24,000 nucleotides of DNA from Rathayibacter soli (lineage in GTDB: Bacteria > Actinomycetota > Actinomycetes > Actinomycetales > Microbacteriaceae), in contig NZ_CP133020.1 in NCBI RefSeq assembly GCF_030866825.1, positions 4,164,924-4,188,923 of the forward strand, read 5' to 3'. Every line of letters begins with the position of its first letter. The stretch's first letter is position 1. Position numbers and translations under genes: made by a program. The notes below the pieces were generated by a model that did not search any database, was not told the DNA's origin, and was given only the letters and a program-made list of their open reading frames with translations. This document shows positions 13,628 through 24,000 of this stretch, piece by piece.

Positions 13628-14237
13628 GGGGCAGGATGATCAGGTCGAGGAACGTGGCCAGGTGTTCGGCAACGTCGACCGTTTGCGGTTGCAGCAACCA
13701 TTGCAACTGGATGCCGTCCCACAGCGCGACAAGCGAACTCGCCGCGATCAACGGGTCGACCCCTTCACGCAACCGGCCGGCGTCACGAAGTGCCTCGAAC
13801 TCGCGCGTGTACGCCTCGCGCAGTGAGGAAAAGCGGCCGATGAAGTACTCGCGACCCGGATGCTCCGTCGTCGTCGACTCGGCGGATAACACCGCGTACA
13901 ACGCGATCAGCCCGGGGATGCTCTCGTTCGCGCGAGCCTGCGCAAGGAGGTGCTCACGAAAGCCTGCGGCATCCGCCGTCTCGGGTTCCTGAGCTTGCCG
14001 AAGGGCGCCCCCGTGATCACGCAACTCGAGCACGGCCAGCAGCAGGTCTTCTTTGGTCGGAAAGTGATGGGTCAGATTCGAAAGGCTGATCCCGGCTGCT
14101 CCCGCCACCTCACGTAGAGACCCCGCGTGATAGCCGCGGGCTGCGAAAACCTGGTGCGCGGCGTGCAAGATCTGTTGCCGACGAGCAGCTGTCTTGGAAT
14201 ACTGCCCGCGACGTGCGGGTCCGGATGGTGTTGCCAT
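13617..14237 (-). CDS. TetR/AcrR-family transcriptional regulator
   Basis: N-terminal HTH ..RRQQILHAAHQVFAARGYHAGSLREVAGAAGISLSNLTHHFPTKEDLLLAVLE.. I prefer the ATG at 14237 (GGAGG 6 nt upstream) over the ORF-track ATG at 14252. The stop TGA (13617-13619) lies inside the dispersed repeat. Confidence 0.9.
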   Translation of the reverse strand: MATPSGPARRGQYSKTAARRQQILHAAHQVFAARGYHAGSLREVAGAAGISLSNLTHHFPTKEDLLLAVLELRDHGGALRQAQEPETADAAGFREHLLAQARANESIPGLIALYAVLSAESTTTEHPGREYFIGRFSSLREAYTREFEALRDAGRLREGVDPLIAASSLVALWDGIQLQWLLQPQTVDVAEHLATFLDLIILPPGP

Positions 14238-14272
14238 CGGTTCCCTCCCCATCCACGCGCCGGTGAGCTGGT

Positions 14273-14300
14273 CCGCCCTTCGACAAGCTCAGGGACCGGG
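14273..14300. repeat. Dispersed intergenic element, locus B (right half only)
   Basis: ccgcccttcgacaagctcagggaccggg matches the right arm of the locus A and C elements. The upstream tgagct (within cggtgagctgg) can pair with agctca. Confidence 0.5.
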
Positions 14301-14318
14301 CACGGATGCTGCAGCTCG

Positions 14319-14370
14319 CTCGGCCAGGCTGCTCGGCCAGCCCGCTCTGCCAGCTTACCGGCCAAAATAG
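14319..14370. repeat. Four imperfect 13-nt direct repeats (core CTCGGCCAG) in the TetR / GH2 divergent promoter region
   Basis: ctcggccaggctg (14319-14331), ctcggccagcccg (14332-14344), ctctgccagctta (14345-14357), ccggccaaaatag (14358-14370). They lie 75-125 nt upstream of the GH2 ATG. Confidence 0.6.
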
Positions 14371-14395
14371 GTCACTTGTTCCGTTTTGATGATAA

Positions 14396-17632
<3,237 letters not shown>

Positions 17633-17670
17633 GAGCACGGGCTCACACCCTCCGCGACGACGGAGCGGGC

Positions 17671-17744
17671 GGTCGCTGAGCGCAGCCGAAGCGCGCCCCA
17701 CCCGGACCCTTCGGCAAGCTCAGGGAACGGCAAGCTAGGGAACG
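17671..17744. repeat. Dispersed hairpin-forming intergenic element, locus C; likely bidirectional terminator between the convergent GH2 and PBP4 genes
   Basis: ggtcgctgagcgcagccgaagcgcg (17671-17695) + ggacccttcggcaagctcagggaacgg (17704-17730) + partial duplicate caagctagggaacg (17731-17744). Same two-helix hairpin as locus A (CTGAGC/GCTCAG and CCGAAG/CTTCGG). It sits between the stop codons at 17632 (+) and 17758 (-). Confidence 0.65.
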
Positions 17745-17757
17745 ATCCGCTCCCGCG

Positions 17758-19422
17758 CTACGGGTTGGCCGCCGACCAGAGGGAGGCTGCTATGGCACCG
17801 ACGTCATCGTTCGCGTCAAGTATTGGCTGCACGGTGGCATCGCCACCGGCGTTGTTGACGACGACGTTGTTGACGACGACGTTGAAGACCTGCCAGCTGC
17901 CGTCAGCAGCCTGGAAGAACCCGGCGAGCGATTTGGTCTGCACTGTGAGCCGTCCGTTGAGTCTGTCCAGATCGGCGACGGTGCCGGTTTTGGCCATGAC
18001 CTTGCCACGTGCGGGGCTGGAGGTCTGCACATCCTTCAGAGAGCCGTCGACACCCAGGATCGGCAGGCAGGCTCTGAATGCGTCGAAGTCCGGTTGGGTG
18101 AGCCAGTAGCGCAGGAGTTGAGTGAGCGCAATCGGTGACACGCGGTCGACGGGGACGCCCCCGCGCCCGTCGGATTGCGCGACCAGGGTCGTATCGACCC
18201 CGACCTTCTTCAGGAATGCGTGCATCGGGGCAAAACCGCCATTGCAGTCGGTCTTGCCGGCTTGAACCGCCAACAGGCACACGGCCAGGTTGGCGCCGAG
18301 GTTGTGGCTGACCTTCAGAATCAGCTTGGCGTAGTCCTTATACGGCGGTGAGACGTATGCGGCGACCTTGGTCTTGCTCGTGTACGTTTTGGCTGACGGC
18401 AGCACCTTCGGGTTCGTGCCCGTTGCCTTGGCCGTCACGGCCACACCCTCCTTCTTCAACGCGTCGATGAACACGGTGCGAGCGAACGAGGCCGTATCCG
18501 CAATATCGGCGGTCTGCAGCATAGGCTTGGCGTCTGCTGCGATCGTGCCGGTGACCTTAATAGTGCCGGGCGCATGCCCTTTGATCGTCAGCACGCTCTT
18601 TTGACCGGCGGCGACAGTTTTCACGTCCGAGACGACCTTCAGCGAGGACGCGTGCGGTCGATAGGTCAACGTCGCATCCTTGCCTTCGGTCGTCGGAGTT
18701 GCCAACAGGTCGATGAGATTGTCGTTGATCATCACGGGGGTCGGGTCCGGTTCGAACGTCGAGTGGAACAGCCGATCGTCGATCATCGCATTGCCGTCAA
18801 CGCGGGTGATGCCAGACTTGCGCACCTGCGCGGCCAGGTTCTTGATACCAGCGAGCGGATCTTCGGGCGTCAGAACCGCGCCGGGAACCGAGTTCGCGTC
18901 GGCGTGGTCGAAGTTCTCCCACGCGATGCCGCCCGACTTCGTCGTGCGACCGCCGAGCGAGAGATCGCCGGAACCCACCAGCACAAGGTCACCCTTGAGA
19001 GTGCTCTTGTCTCGGCTGCCGACGGCATAGACCGGAGTCGTGAATTTGTGATCGGCGCCGAGCAGTTTCCACGCGGCGGATGTCGAGAAGAGTTTCGCAG
19101 TAGAGCCCGGCATGAACATCTGATCGGCAGCATGCGCCTGCACGACGTGACCGGCGGCATCCGTTTGCAGCAGCCCCAGCGACGCGCTGGCGAACTGCGG
19201 CTTGTCCATGACGGCCTGCGCACCCGCCGGAAGCGGGAGGTCTGGAGTGCGGTCTGCCTTCACCGCGGTGCTCGCCTCCGCTGCGGCGTTCGCCTCCGCT
19301 GCGGCGCCGGCATTCGTTGCCGCGCCTGGGTACGCCCCGGCCGTCAGAGTCAGCGTCGCGCCAACCATAACCACGACAGCGAGCGCCGCTACTCCGCCCG
19401 TCGTCCCCTGGAATCTCATCAT
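17758..19422 (-). CDS. dacB: D-alanyl-D-alanine carboxypeptidase/endopeptidase, PBP4 (peptidase S13) family, secreted
   Basis: SxxK (PGSTAKLF), SxN (KVSHNLG) and KTG (MAKTGTV) motifs spaced as in PBP4. N-terminal signal-like segment GGVAALAVVVMVGATLTLTAGA. ATG ATG start with GGAGG 7 nt upstream. Confidence 0.88.
   Translation of the reverse strand: MMRFQGTTGGVAALAVVVMVGATLTLTAGAYPGAATNAGAAAEANAAAEASTAVKADRTPDLPLPAGAQAVMDKPQFASASLGLLQTDAAGHVVQAHAADQMFMPGSTAKLFSTSAAWKLLGADHKFTTPVYAVGSRDKSTLKGDLVLVGSGDLSLGGRTTKSGGIAWENFDHADANSVPGAVLTPEDPLAGIKNLAAQVRKSGITRVDGNAMIDDRLFHSTFEPDPTPVMINDNLIDLLATPTTEGKDATLTYRPHASSLKVVSDVKTVAAGQKSVLTIKGHAPGTIKVTGTIAADAKPMLQTADIADTASFARTVFIDALKKEGVAVTAKATGTNPKVLPSAKTYTSKTKVAAYVSPPYKDYAKLILKVSHNLGANLAVCLLAVQAGKTDCNGGFAPMHAFLKKVGVDTTLVAQSDGRGGVPVDRVSPIALTQLLRYWLTQPDFDAFRACLPILGVDGSLKDVQTSSPARGKVMAKTGTVADLDRLNGRLTVQTKSLAGFFQAADGSWQVFNVVVNNVVVNNAGGDATVQPILDANDDVGAIAASLWSAANP
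17851..17889 (-). repeat. In-frame 15-nt tandem repeat encoding NVVVN NVVVN near the PBP4 C-terminus
   Basis: gttgttgacgacgac at 17851-17865 and 17866-17880, then the partial copy gttgaagac. Confidence 0.85.
19273..19308 (-). repeat. In-frame 18-nt tandem repeat encoding AAAEAN AAAEAS just after the PBP4 signal peptide
   Basis: cgcctccgctgcggcgtt (19273-19290) and cgcctccgctgcggcgcc (19291-19308). Confidence 0.85.
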
Positions 19423-19698
19423 CGACGCCCCTCCAGTGTGCTCGGATCCGATACGAGCGGACGCGCCCCGGGCCGTTATCCCGAAAGTTGACCCTCGCGC
19501 TCGACTCTCACTGTTCCGGAATCAGCGGCCGAGCACAATGGACCTAGATCGTCAGTCTCGGTGTACCGCCCATCGTCTCAGCGCCAGTGCGGGTAGGTCA
19601 CATATGCAAACTTGCACGCTCTGTCAGGTCGACTTCTCCCTCGAGTATGAAGCACGCTGCCGCGCCATGGAACGCACACAGCAGGCACGGCCAGCCGA

Positions 19699-21315
19699 TC
19701 ACTCGATAGGCTTCGCAGTTGCATCGGCCTGCCCGAGATCGATAATCTTCGGCGCACGCTTGTCGGGGCGCGCGATCACGAAATAGATGCCGCCGACGAT
19801 CAACAAAATGAGCATGACGACGAGCGTTATCCAGTCGAAATTGAACAAGGCACCGCGAGGGCTGTCAAGGCCCGTCGGTATCAGGATGTTGACGAGCATG
19901 GCCGCGAGGTATGCCGCCCCGACAATCGCAACCGGCCAATACCACTTGCCGAGTTTGAACGCACCCATAGGCTTCCACCCGCGGGCGTGCGCGATCATCG
20001 ATCCGATGACGGTGAGCAAGAACGACAGATAGATGCCGGACACGCCGAACGACACGAGCGCGGTCAACGGGTTGATCCCTGCCGGGTACTGAAACCACAG
20101 AATCTGAATGTTCTTGGCGCTCGGTTGCACAGTCACCAGCAGCGAAAACAGGATCGGAATGATTCCAGCGATGAGCAGCGCATTGATCGGTGTGTGGAAC
20201 CGAGGTGAGACCTTGCTGATCCACTTGCTGGCGGGCAGCGCCTTGTCGCGTGCGTACGAGTATGCAAGTCGGGACCCAGCGCCTTGCACCGCCGTACCGC
20301 AGGAGAAGAACGCGACGCAGATGACCAACAAGAACAGATCCTGCGCCCAGGCCGGCAACTCGGCGAGGATCACCGGGATGCCGCCTGCGAATGAGATCGC
20401 AGACGCGTAACCATGAGCGGAGGAAGGCGTTGCGAGCAGCAGCGCGGCCACGAGCACGAACGACGCAATTCCTCCGTACAGCAACGCTCCACGCATCGCG
20501 CGGGGCACGACCTTGGACGCCTGCTTGGTCTCCTCCGAGATGTCACCCGCCGATTCGAAGCCATAGAAGATGTACGCGTGCGCGAGGATTGCCACCAGCG
20601 CTGCGCCGAAGAACCAGTTGCCGCCGAAGCCGACGCCCAATGTGTTGGTGTGGAGGTTTTCGGCGCCGTGCGTGCTGAAGAGGAAGTCAAAGCCGTGGTG
20701 GAACCCCACGAACGCCAATGCGACGGCGACGCCGAACGTGCCGACTGTCTCGACATACACGCCCAACCGGGCGACAATACCCATGACCTTGGCGCCAATG
20801 CTGTTAAGCGTGGTCTGGACCACGATGTACGCGATCGTGATAATGAGAATGACGACGTGCGAGGTCGGGTCGATTTTTGTGCCGAACAGGTTGTTGATGA
20901 GCGCGCTGAGGTACGGAATGACACCCGTGTCGACACTGGCGACGGTGACCAGCAATGCCAGCCCATAAATCCAGCCAACCCACCATCCGTAGCTCGGGCC
21001 GACGTTTCGCCTGCCGTATTGGTACAGCGCGCCAGCGATCGGGTAATGGCTGGCCAGTTCGCCGAACACGAGGGCGACGAGCAGCATGAAGCCGACAACG
21101 GGGATCATCAGCCAGATGTAAGCCGGTCCGGCTGCGCCGACTCCGAGCACAAACAGCGAATACACGCCGACCATCGGTGACAGGTACGAGAATGCCACGC
21201 TGAAATTGTCGAAAAATCCGAGCACCCGTCGCAGTTCCTGCGGGTATCCGAGGCGCTTGAGGCGAGCAGCGTCTTCCTTGTCGTGCAGTTCGACTTGAGC
21301 TTCGGGTTGCATCAT
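19699..21315 (-). CDS. APC-superfamily amino acid (amino acid/polyamine/organocation) permease
   Basis: 538-aa protein with roughly 12 or more hydrophobic segments. The N-terminal ..FSVAFSYLSPMVGVYSLF.. and ..GELASHYPIAGALYQYG.. are typical APC signatures. ATG ATG start with GGAG 7 nt upstream. Confidence 0.88.
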   Translation of the reverse strand: MMQPEAQVELHDKEDAARLKRLGYPQELRRVLGFFDNFSVAFSYLSPMVGVYSLFVLGVGAAGPAYIWLMIPVVGFMLLVALVFGELASHYPIAGALYQYGRRNVGPSYGWWVGWIYGLALLVTVASVDTGVIPYLSALINNLFGTKIDPTSHVVILIITIAYIVVQTTLNSIGAKVMGIVARLGVYVETVGTFGVAVALAFVGFHHGFDFLFSTHGAENLHTNTLGVGFGGNWFFGAALVAILAHAYIFYGFESAGDISEETKQASKVVPRAMRGALLYGGIASFVLVAALLLATPSSAHGYASAISFAGGIPVILAELPAWAQDLFLLVICVAFFSCGTAVQGAGSRLAYSYARDKALPASKWISKVSPRFHTPINALLIAGIIPILFSLLVTVQPSAKNIQILWFQYPAGINPLTALVSFGVSGIYLSFLLTVIGSMIAHARGWKPMGAFKLGKWYWPVAIVGAAYLAAMLVNILIPTGLDSPRGALFNFDWITLVVMLILLIVGGIYFVIARPDKRAPKIIDLGQADATAKPIE

Positions 21316-21438
21316 TGCGTACTCCGGCTTCTGTTTGAAACGTCGATCTCGAACACGCGCACATTGAAGGTAAACAATCGCAACGCGGCACTAAAACACT
21401 AAACCCATATGTTTGCGGAAGGCTATACTTTTTTTGGA

Positions 21439-21448
21439 TCGAATTCGA
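21439..21448. promoter_or_regulatory. Perfect 10-bp palindrome TCGAATTCGA in the permease / GntR divergent region (candidate operator)
   Basis: It lies in the AT-richest part of the intergenic region, next to tatactttttttgg (a possible -10 TATACT at 21424-21429). It does not fit the GT-N-AC GntR consensus well, so confidence is low. Confidence 0.2.
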
Positions 21449-21487
21449 AGAGTTTCAGGCTCAACGAGACAGCGGGAGTGCACAGAA

Positions 21488-22291
21488 ATGGCGTCGAACC
21501 GCCCGGCAGAGGTCGGCCTGACGACCGCGACTATCAGTGCAATCCTTAACGCGGACACGAACGAGACCGGTCGCGCCGATCAAATCACTGGGCGGCTCGC
21601 GCAGGCGATCCGGCTGGGCTTGATTCTGGACGGCGAGCGTTTCCCGCCCGAGGCTGACCTTGCGCGTCGACTCGGCGTCGCGCCTGTCACGTTGCGCGAA
21701 GCACTGGCGATTCTCCGCGAACGCGGACTGGTCGTTACCCGGCGCGGCCGGGACGGGGGCACCTTTGCCCATATGCCGGTTGACAGCGACCTGTCGCTGC
21801 CGCCCCCCCGGCTGGCAGAGTTCAGCACGCACGATCTCCGCGAACTCGGCGACTACCGTCGCGCGATCTCCGGCATGGCCGCGTATCTGGCCGCCGAGCG
21901 CGCCTTGCCGGACGAGATCGAGGCGCTGGACGTTCAGCTGGAGCGTCTGAGGGTGGCGGCGAATCCCGCGGAGCGCAGACGGGCCGATGCGCAATTGTGG
22001 GTGGTCATCGCCGCGGCGTCTCAATCGGCGCGGCTGACCCGGGAGGAGCAGCAGTTCCGTGTGGAAATCGGTGATCTTCTTTGGCAGCCGCTTTCAGACG
22101 ACGAGCTCGCTGAATCCATCCGCTCGAGACAGTCGTTGATTGCTGCGATCTCCGAGCATGCGCGACAGCGCGCCAGAGCGTGCGTGGAAGCGAGCGTCCT
22201 CACCGAGACGAATCGTTTGCTCCTGCTTCGGGTGGGCCTCTACAAGGGCGAGAACAGTGGCACAGCGACCATGGGGCGTGATACGCAGTGA
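21488..22291 (+). CDS. GntR-family transcriptional regulator, FadR subfamily (winged HTH + FCD-like C-terminal domain)
   Basis: ..RFPPEADLARRLGVAPVTLREALAILRERGLVVTRRGRDGGTFA.. is the GntR wHTH, followed by an all-helical C-terminal domain. I prefer the ATG at 21488 (GGGAG 10 nt upstream) over the ORF-track TTG at 21413. Confidence 0.85.
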   Translation: MASNRPAEVGLTTATISAILNADTNETGRADQITGRLAQAIRLGLILDGERFPPEADLARRLGVAPVTLREALAILRERGLVVTRRGRDGGTFAHMPVDSDLSLPPPRLAEFSTHDLRELGDYRRAISGMAAYLAAERALPDEIEALDVQLERLRVAANPAERRRADAQLWVVIAAASQSARLTREEQQFRVEIGDLLWQPLSDDELAESIRSRQSLIAAISEHARQRARACVEASVLTETNRLLLLRVGLYKGENSGTATMGRDTQ

Positions 22292-22962
22292 ACTCGACGA
22301 AAGCACTCAGCCGGTTGGCCCAGATCACTACGGAACTCGAAGACCTCTTCGCTTTGCTCCGACCCGTTGTCCACGGCTTCGCCCGGATAGCCGCGCTCAA
22401 GCAGCCGGTTCGCGAGGACCTGATCGACCTTCGAGGCGCGATCGCGGATGTCGTTGAAAGCCCGGGTCCCGTTGCCGGCGCCGGCGTGATTGTTGCACCG
22501 GGCATCCTCGCAGATGCGCCCCACTGGATGGAGTGGTGGTGGGCCGTGCCGCACCGTGATCCCGAAGCACTTCGAGTCAACCTCGAACCCACGGCGCCGG
22601 ATTTCTTCGACTACACCGCGGCCGAATGGTTTTCGATACCCGAACGGACCGGATTCAGGCATGTCGCAGGGCCATACGTTGACTATGTCTGCAGGACCGA
22701 CTACGCCTTTACCCTCGCGCAGCCGGTGCGCGCGGTCGGCACATTCGTCGGCGTTGCAGCACTCGACATCACAGCCTCACGATTAGAGCGCCGAGTGCTC
22801 CCGCTGCTCAGTTCACTGCCGGGCCCAGCAACGCTGGTCAACGCCGCCGGCAGGGTGATCGCGTCAACCTCACCATCGGTGTGGCCAGGCCAGCGCGTGC
22901 CTGCTTCAGCGGGTGAACCGCTGGGGGGGGCATCCGTTTTCGGCTGGCAGCTGGTTGGGTGA
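22288..22962 (+). CDS. Stand-alone Cache-like (extracellular-sensor-type fold) domain protein with no TM segment or output domain
   Basis: ..FFDYTAAEWFSIPERTGFRHVAGPYVDYVCRTDYAFTLAQPVRAVGTFVGVAALDITASRLE.. fits the Cache core pattern (aromatic...W...PY.D......T...P.....GV...D). No hydrophobic helix. GTG at 22288 overlaps the GntR stop (GTGA). Confidence 0.7.
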   Translation: MNSTKALSRLAQITTELEDLFALLRPVVHGFARIAALKQPVREDLIDLRGAIADVVESPGPVAGAGVIVAPGILADAPHWMEWWWAVPHRDPEALRVNLEPTAPDFFDYTAAEWFSIPERTGFRHVAGPYVDYVCRTDYAFTLAQPVRAVGTFVGVAALDITASRLERRVLPLLSSLPGPATLVNAAGRVIASTSPSVWPGQRVPASAGEPLGGASVFGWQLVG

Positions 22963-22979
22963 CCTCAGGTCGGCCGGCC

Positions 22980-24000
22980 TCAGGCAGCGTGCGCCTGCGG
23001 CACGCGCGCGCCACGCGCGGCCATCAGGTCGGCAACGGCGTTCAGGGCGATCGCAGCGGGGTCATCCGGATGCTGCAGCACAACGGGCATGCCTGCATCG
23101 CCGCCCTCGCGCAATGCGAGGCTGAGCGGAACGGAAGCCAGCAGCGGCACCGGCTGCTCCTGGCCGATAGACAGGCGGGCGGCAACTTCGGAGCCGCCGC
23201 CGCTGCCGAACAGGTCGATCATGGAACCGTCCGGTGCCGCGAACCCGGCCATGTTCTCAATCACGCCGAACACGCTCTGCCCGGTCTGGCGGGCGAGCGC
23301 GCCGCTACGCTCCGCGACATCCGCTGCGGCAGGCTGCGGGGTGGTGACCACGAGAATCTCGGCGTGCGGCAGCATCTGCCCGACCGAGATCGCGATGTCG
23401 CCGGTGCCGGGGGGCAGGTCGAGCAACAGAATATCCAACTCGTCGAAGTGCACGTCGGTGAGGAACTGCTTGATGGTGCGGTGCAACATCGGCCCACGCC
23501 AGGCGACGGCGACGGAGTCGTCCTCGATGAACATGCCGATCGAGATCGCTTTCACCCCGTATGCGATCGGCGGCAGCATCATGCTGTCCACCCGGGTCGG
23601 TTGCTGAGCGGACCGCACGCCGTCTTCGTTCGCGGTGACCAGGCCGAGCAGTCCAGGGATGGAGAAGCCGAAGACATCCGCGTCGATGAGACCGACCCGC
23701 AGGCCTTTTGCCGCGAGCGCGACCGCGAGGTTGGCGGTGATGGTCGACTTGCCGACGCCGCCCTTGCCGCTCGTGACCGCGTAGACGCGGGTGGGCGAGT
23801 CCGGGCCGAATTGGATGCCGCGGGTTGCCGCCTCACCGCGGAGCTTCACAACGAGCTTCTCGCGTTCGGCTGGCGACATGGCAGTGACGAGCACGGTCAC
23901 GGCGGTGACGCCGGCGACCTTCGCGACTGTGTCGTGGACATCCTGCTGGATGCTCTTCGAGTTGGGGCAGGTGGCGATCGTCAAGCGGATGCCTACGGTC
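22980..24000 (-). CDS. Mrp/ApbC/NBP35-family P-loop ATPase (Fe-S cluster carrier family) with N-terminal DUF59-like domain, 5'-truncated by window edge
   Basis: Deviant Walker A SGKGGVGKST, ..LLLDLPPGTGD.., ..ENM..FGSGGG... The frame stays open to nt 24000 (..TVGIRLTIATCP..), so the start at 23984 in the ORF track is internal. Confidence 0.9.
   Translation of the reverse strand, partial: TVGIRLTIATCPNSKSIQQDVHDTVAKVAGVTAVTVLVTAMSPAEREKLVVKLRGEAATRGIQFGPDSPTRVYAVTSGKGGVGKSTITANLAVALAAKGLRVGLIDADVFGFSIPGLLGLVTANEDGVRSAQQPTRVDSMMLPPIAYGVKAISIGMFIEDDSVAVAWRGPMLHRTIKQFLTDVHFDELDILLLDLPPGTGDIAISVGQMLPHAEILVVTTPQPAAADVAERSGALARQTGQSVFGVIENMAGFAAPDGSMIDLFGSGGGSEVAARLSIGQEQPVPLLASVPLSLALREGGDAGMPVVLQHPDDPAAIALNAVADLMAARGARVPQAHAA

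Noticed and set aside
14238-14252. The upstream ATG (14252) as the TetR start.
   Set aside because: Using it would put the strong GGAGG inside the coding sequence. The ATG at 14237 sits 6 nt downstream of that GGAGG, so it is the more plausible start.
19607-19786. Small Cys-containing plus-strand ORF (MQTCTLCQVDFSLEYEARCRAMERTQQ...) in the PBP4/permease intergenic region.
   Set aside because: GC3 is only roughly 60% by hand count, against well above 80% in the real genes here. There is no SD, it runs antisense into the permease 3' end, and it has no recognisable motif.
21316-21487. Possible lysine (L-box) or other amino-acid riboswitch upstream of the APC permease.
   Set aside because: The minus-strand leader is at most about 170 nt, AT-rich and lacks the conserved L-box helices and motifs I can recall. 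It is more consistent with a divergent promoter/operator region.
17633-21487. The lower-GC PBP4/permease block as a mobile element or genomic island.
   Set aside because: No integrase, transposase, tRNA target or flanking direct/inverted repeats are visible. It is reported only as a compositional observation, not as a mobile element.

Overview
High-GC (hand counts of about 68-75% in most genes) actinobacterial chromosomal window. Gene content and the dispersed repeats suggest a Microbacteriaceae-like Actinomycetota host, but I cannot verify the taxon. I support 17 protein-coding genes and see no rRNA, tRNA, CRISPR array, transposase or integrase. Gene order, left to right:
- EamA/DMT transporter (5'-truncated by the window edge).
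- YkoE/YkoD/YkoC-like ECF transporter operon (S component, fused double ATPase, T component; GTGA and ATGA start/stop overlaps).
- Sfp-type phosphopantetheinyl transferase.
- On the minus strand, an apparent unit: Lys/Ala-rich Rho_N-domain protein, then a 1341-aa single-module membrane NRPS with epsilon-poly-L-lysine synthetase (Pls/PosA-type) architecture, then a 17-nt tandem-repeat array, then an M1 zinc peptidase.
- alpha/beta hydrolase, LLM flavin oxidoreductase, TetR regulator.
- GH2 beta-galactosidase.
- PBP4/DacB-type D-Ala-D-Ala carboxypeptidase and an APC amino-acid permease. Both are visibly lower in GC.
- FadR/GntR regulator translationally coupled to a stand-alone Cache-like protein.
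- Mrp/ApbC-family ATPase (5'-truncated by the window edge).

Most interesting observations:
1. The Pls-like synthetase. A hand-read specificity code of DAESIGTV points to Lys or another basic amino acid.
2. The synthetase-peptidase junction consists entirely of 17-nt repeats. They form a chain of five overlapping stop/start mini-ORFs (MSSKR*, then 4 x MSTVQ*) leading into the peptidase start.
3. A dispersed hairpin-forming about 60-nt intergenic element, seen at three loci.
4. Many short in-frame tandem duplications inside genes.

Everything rests on reading the sequence and on remembered family motifs. No database search or computation was run.
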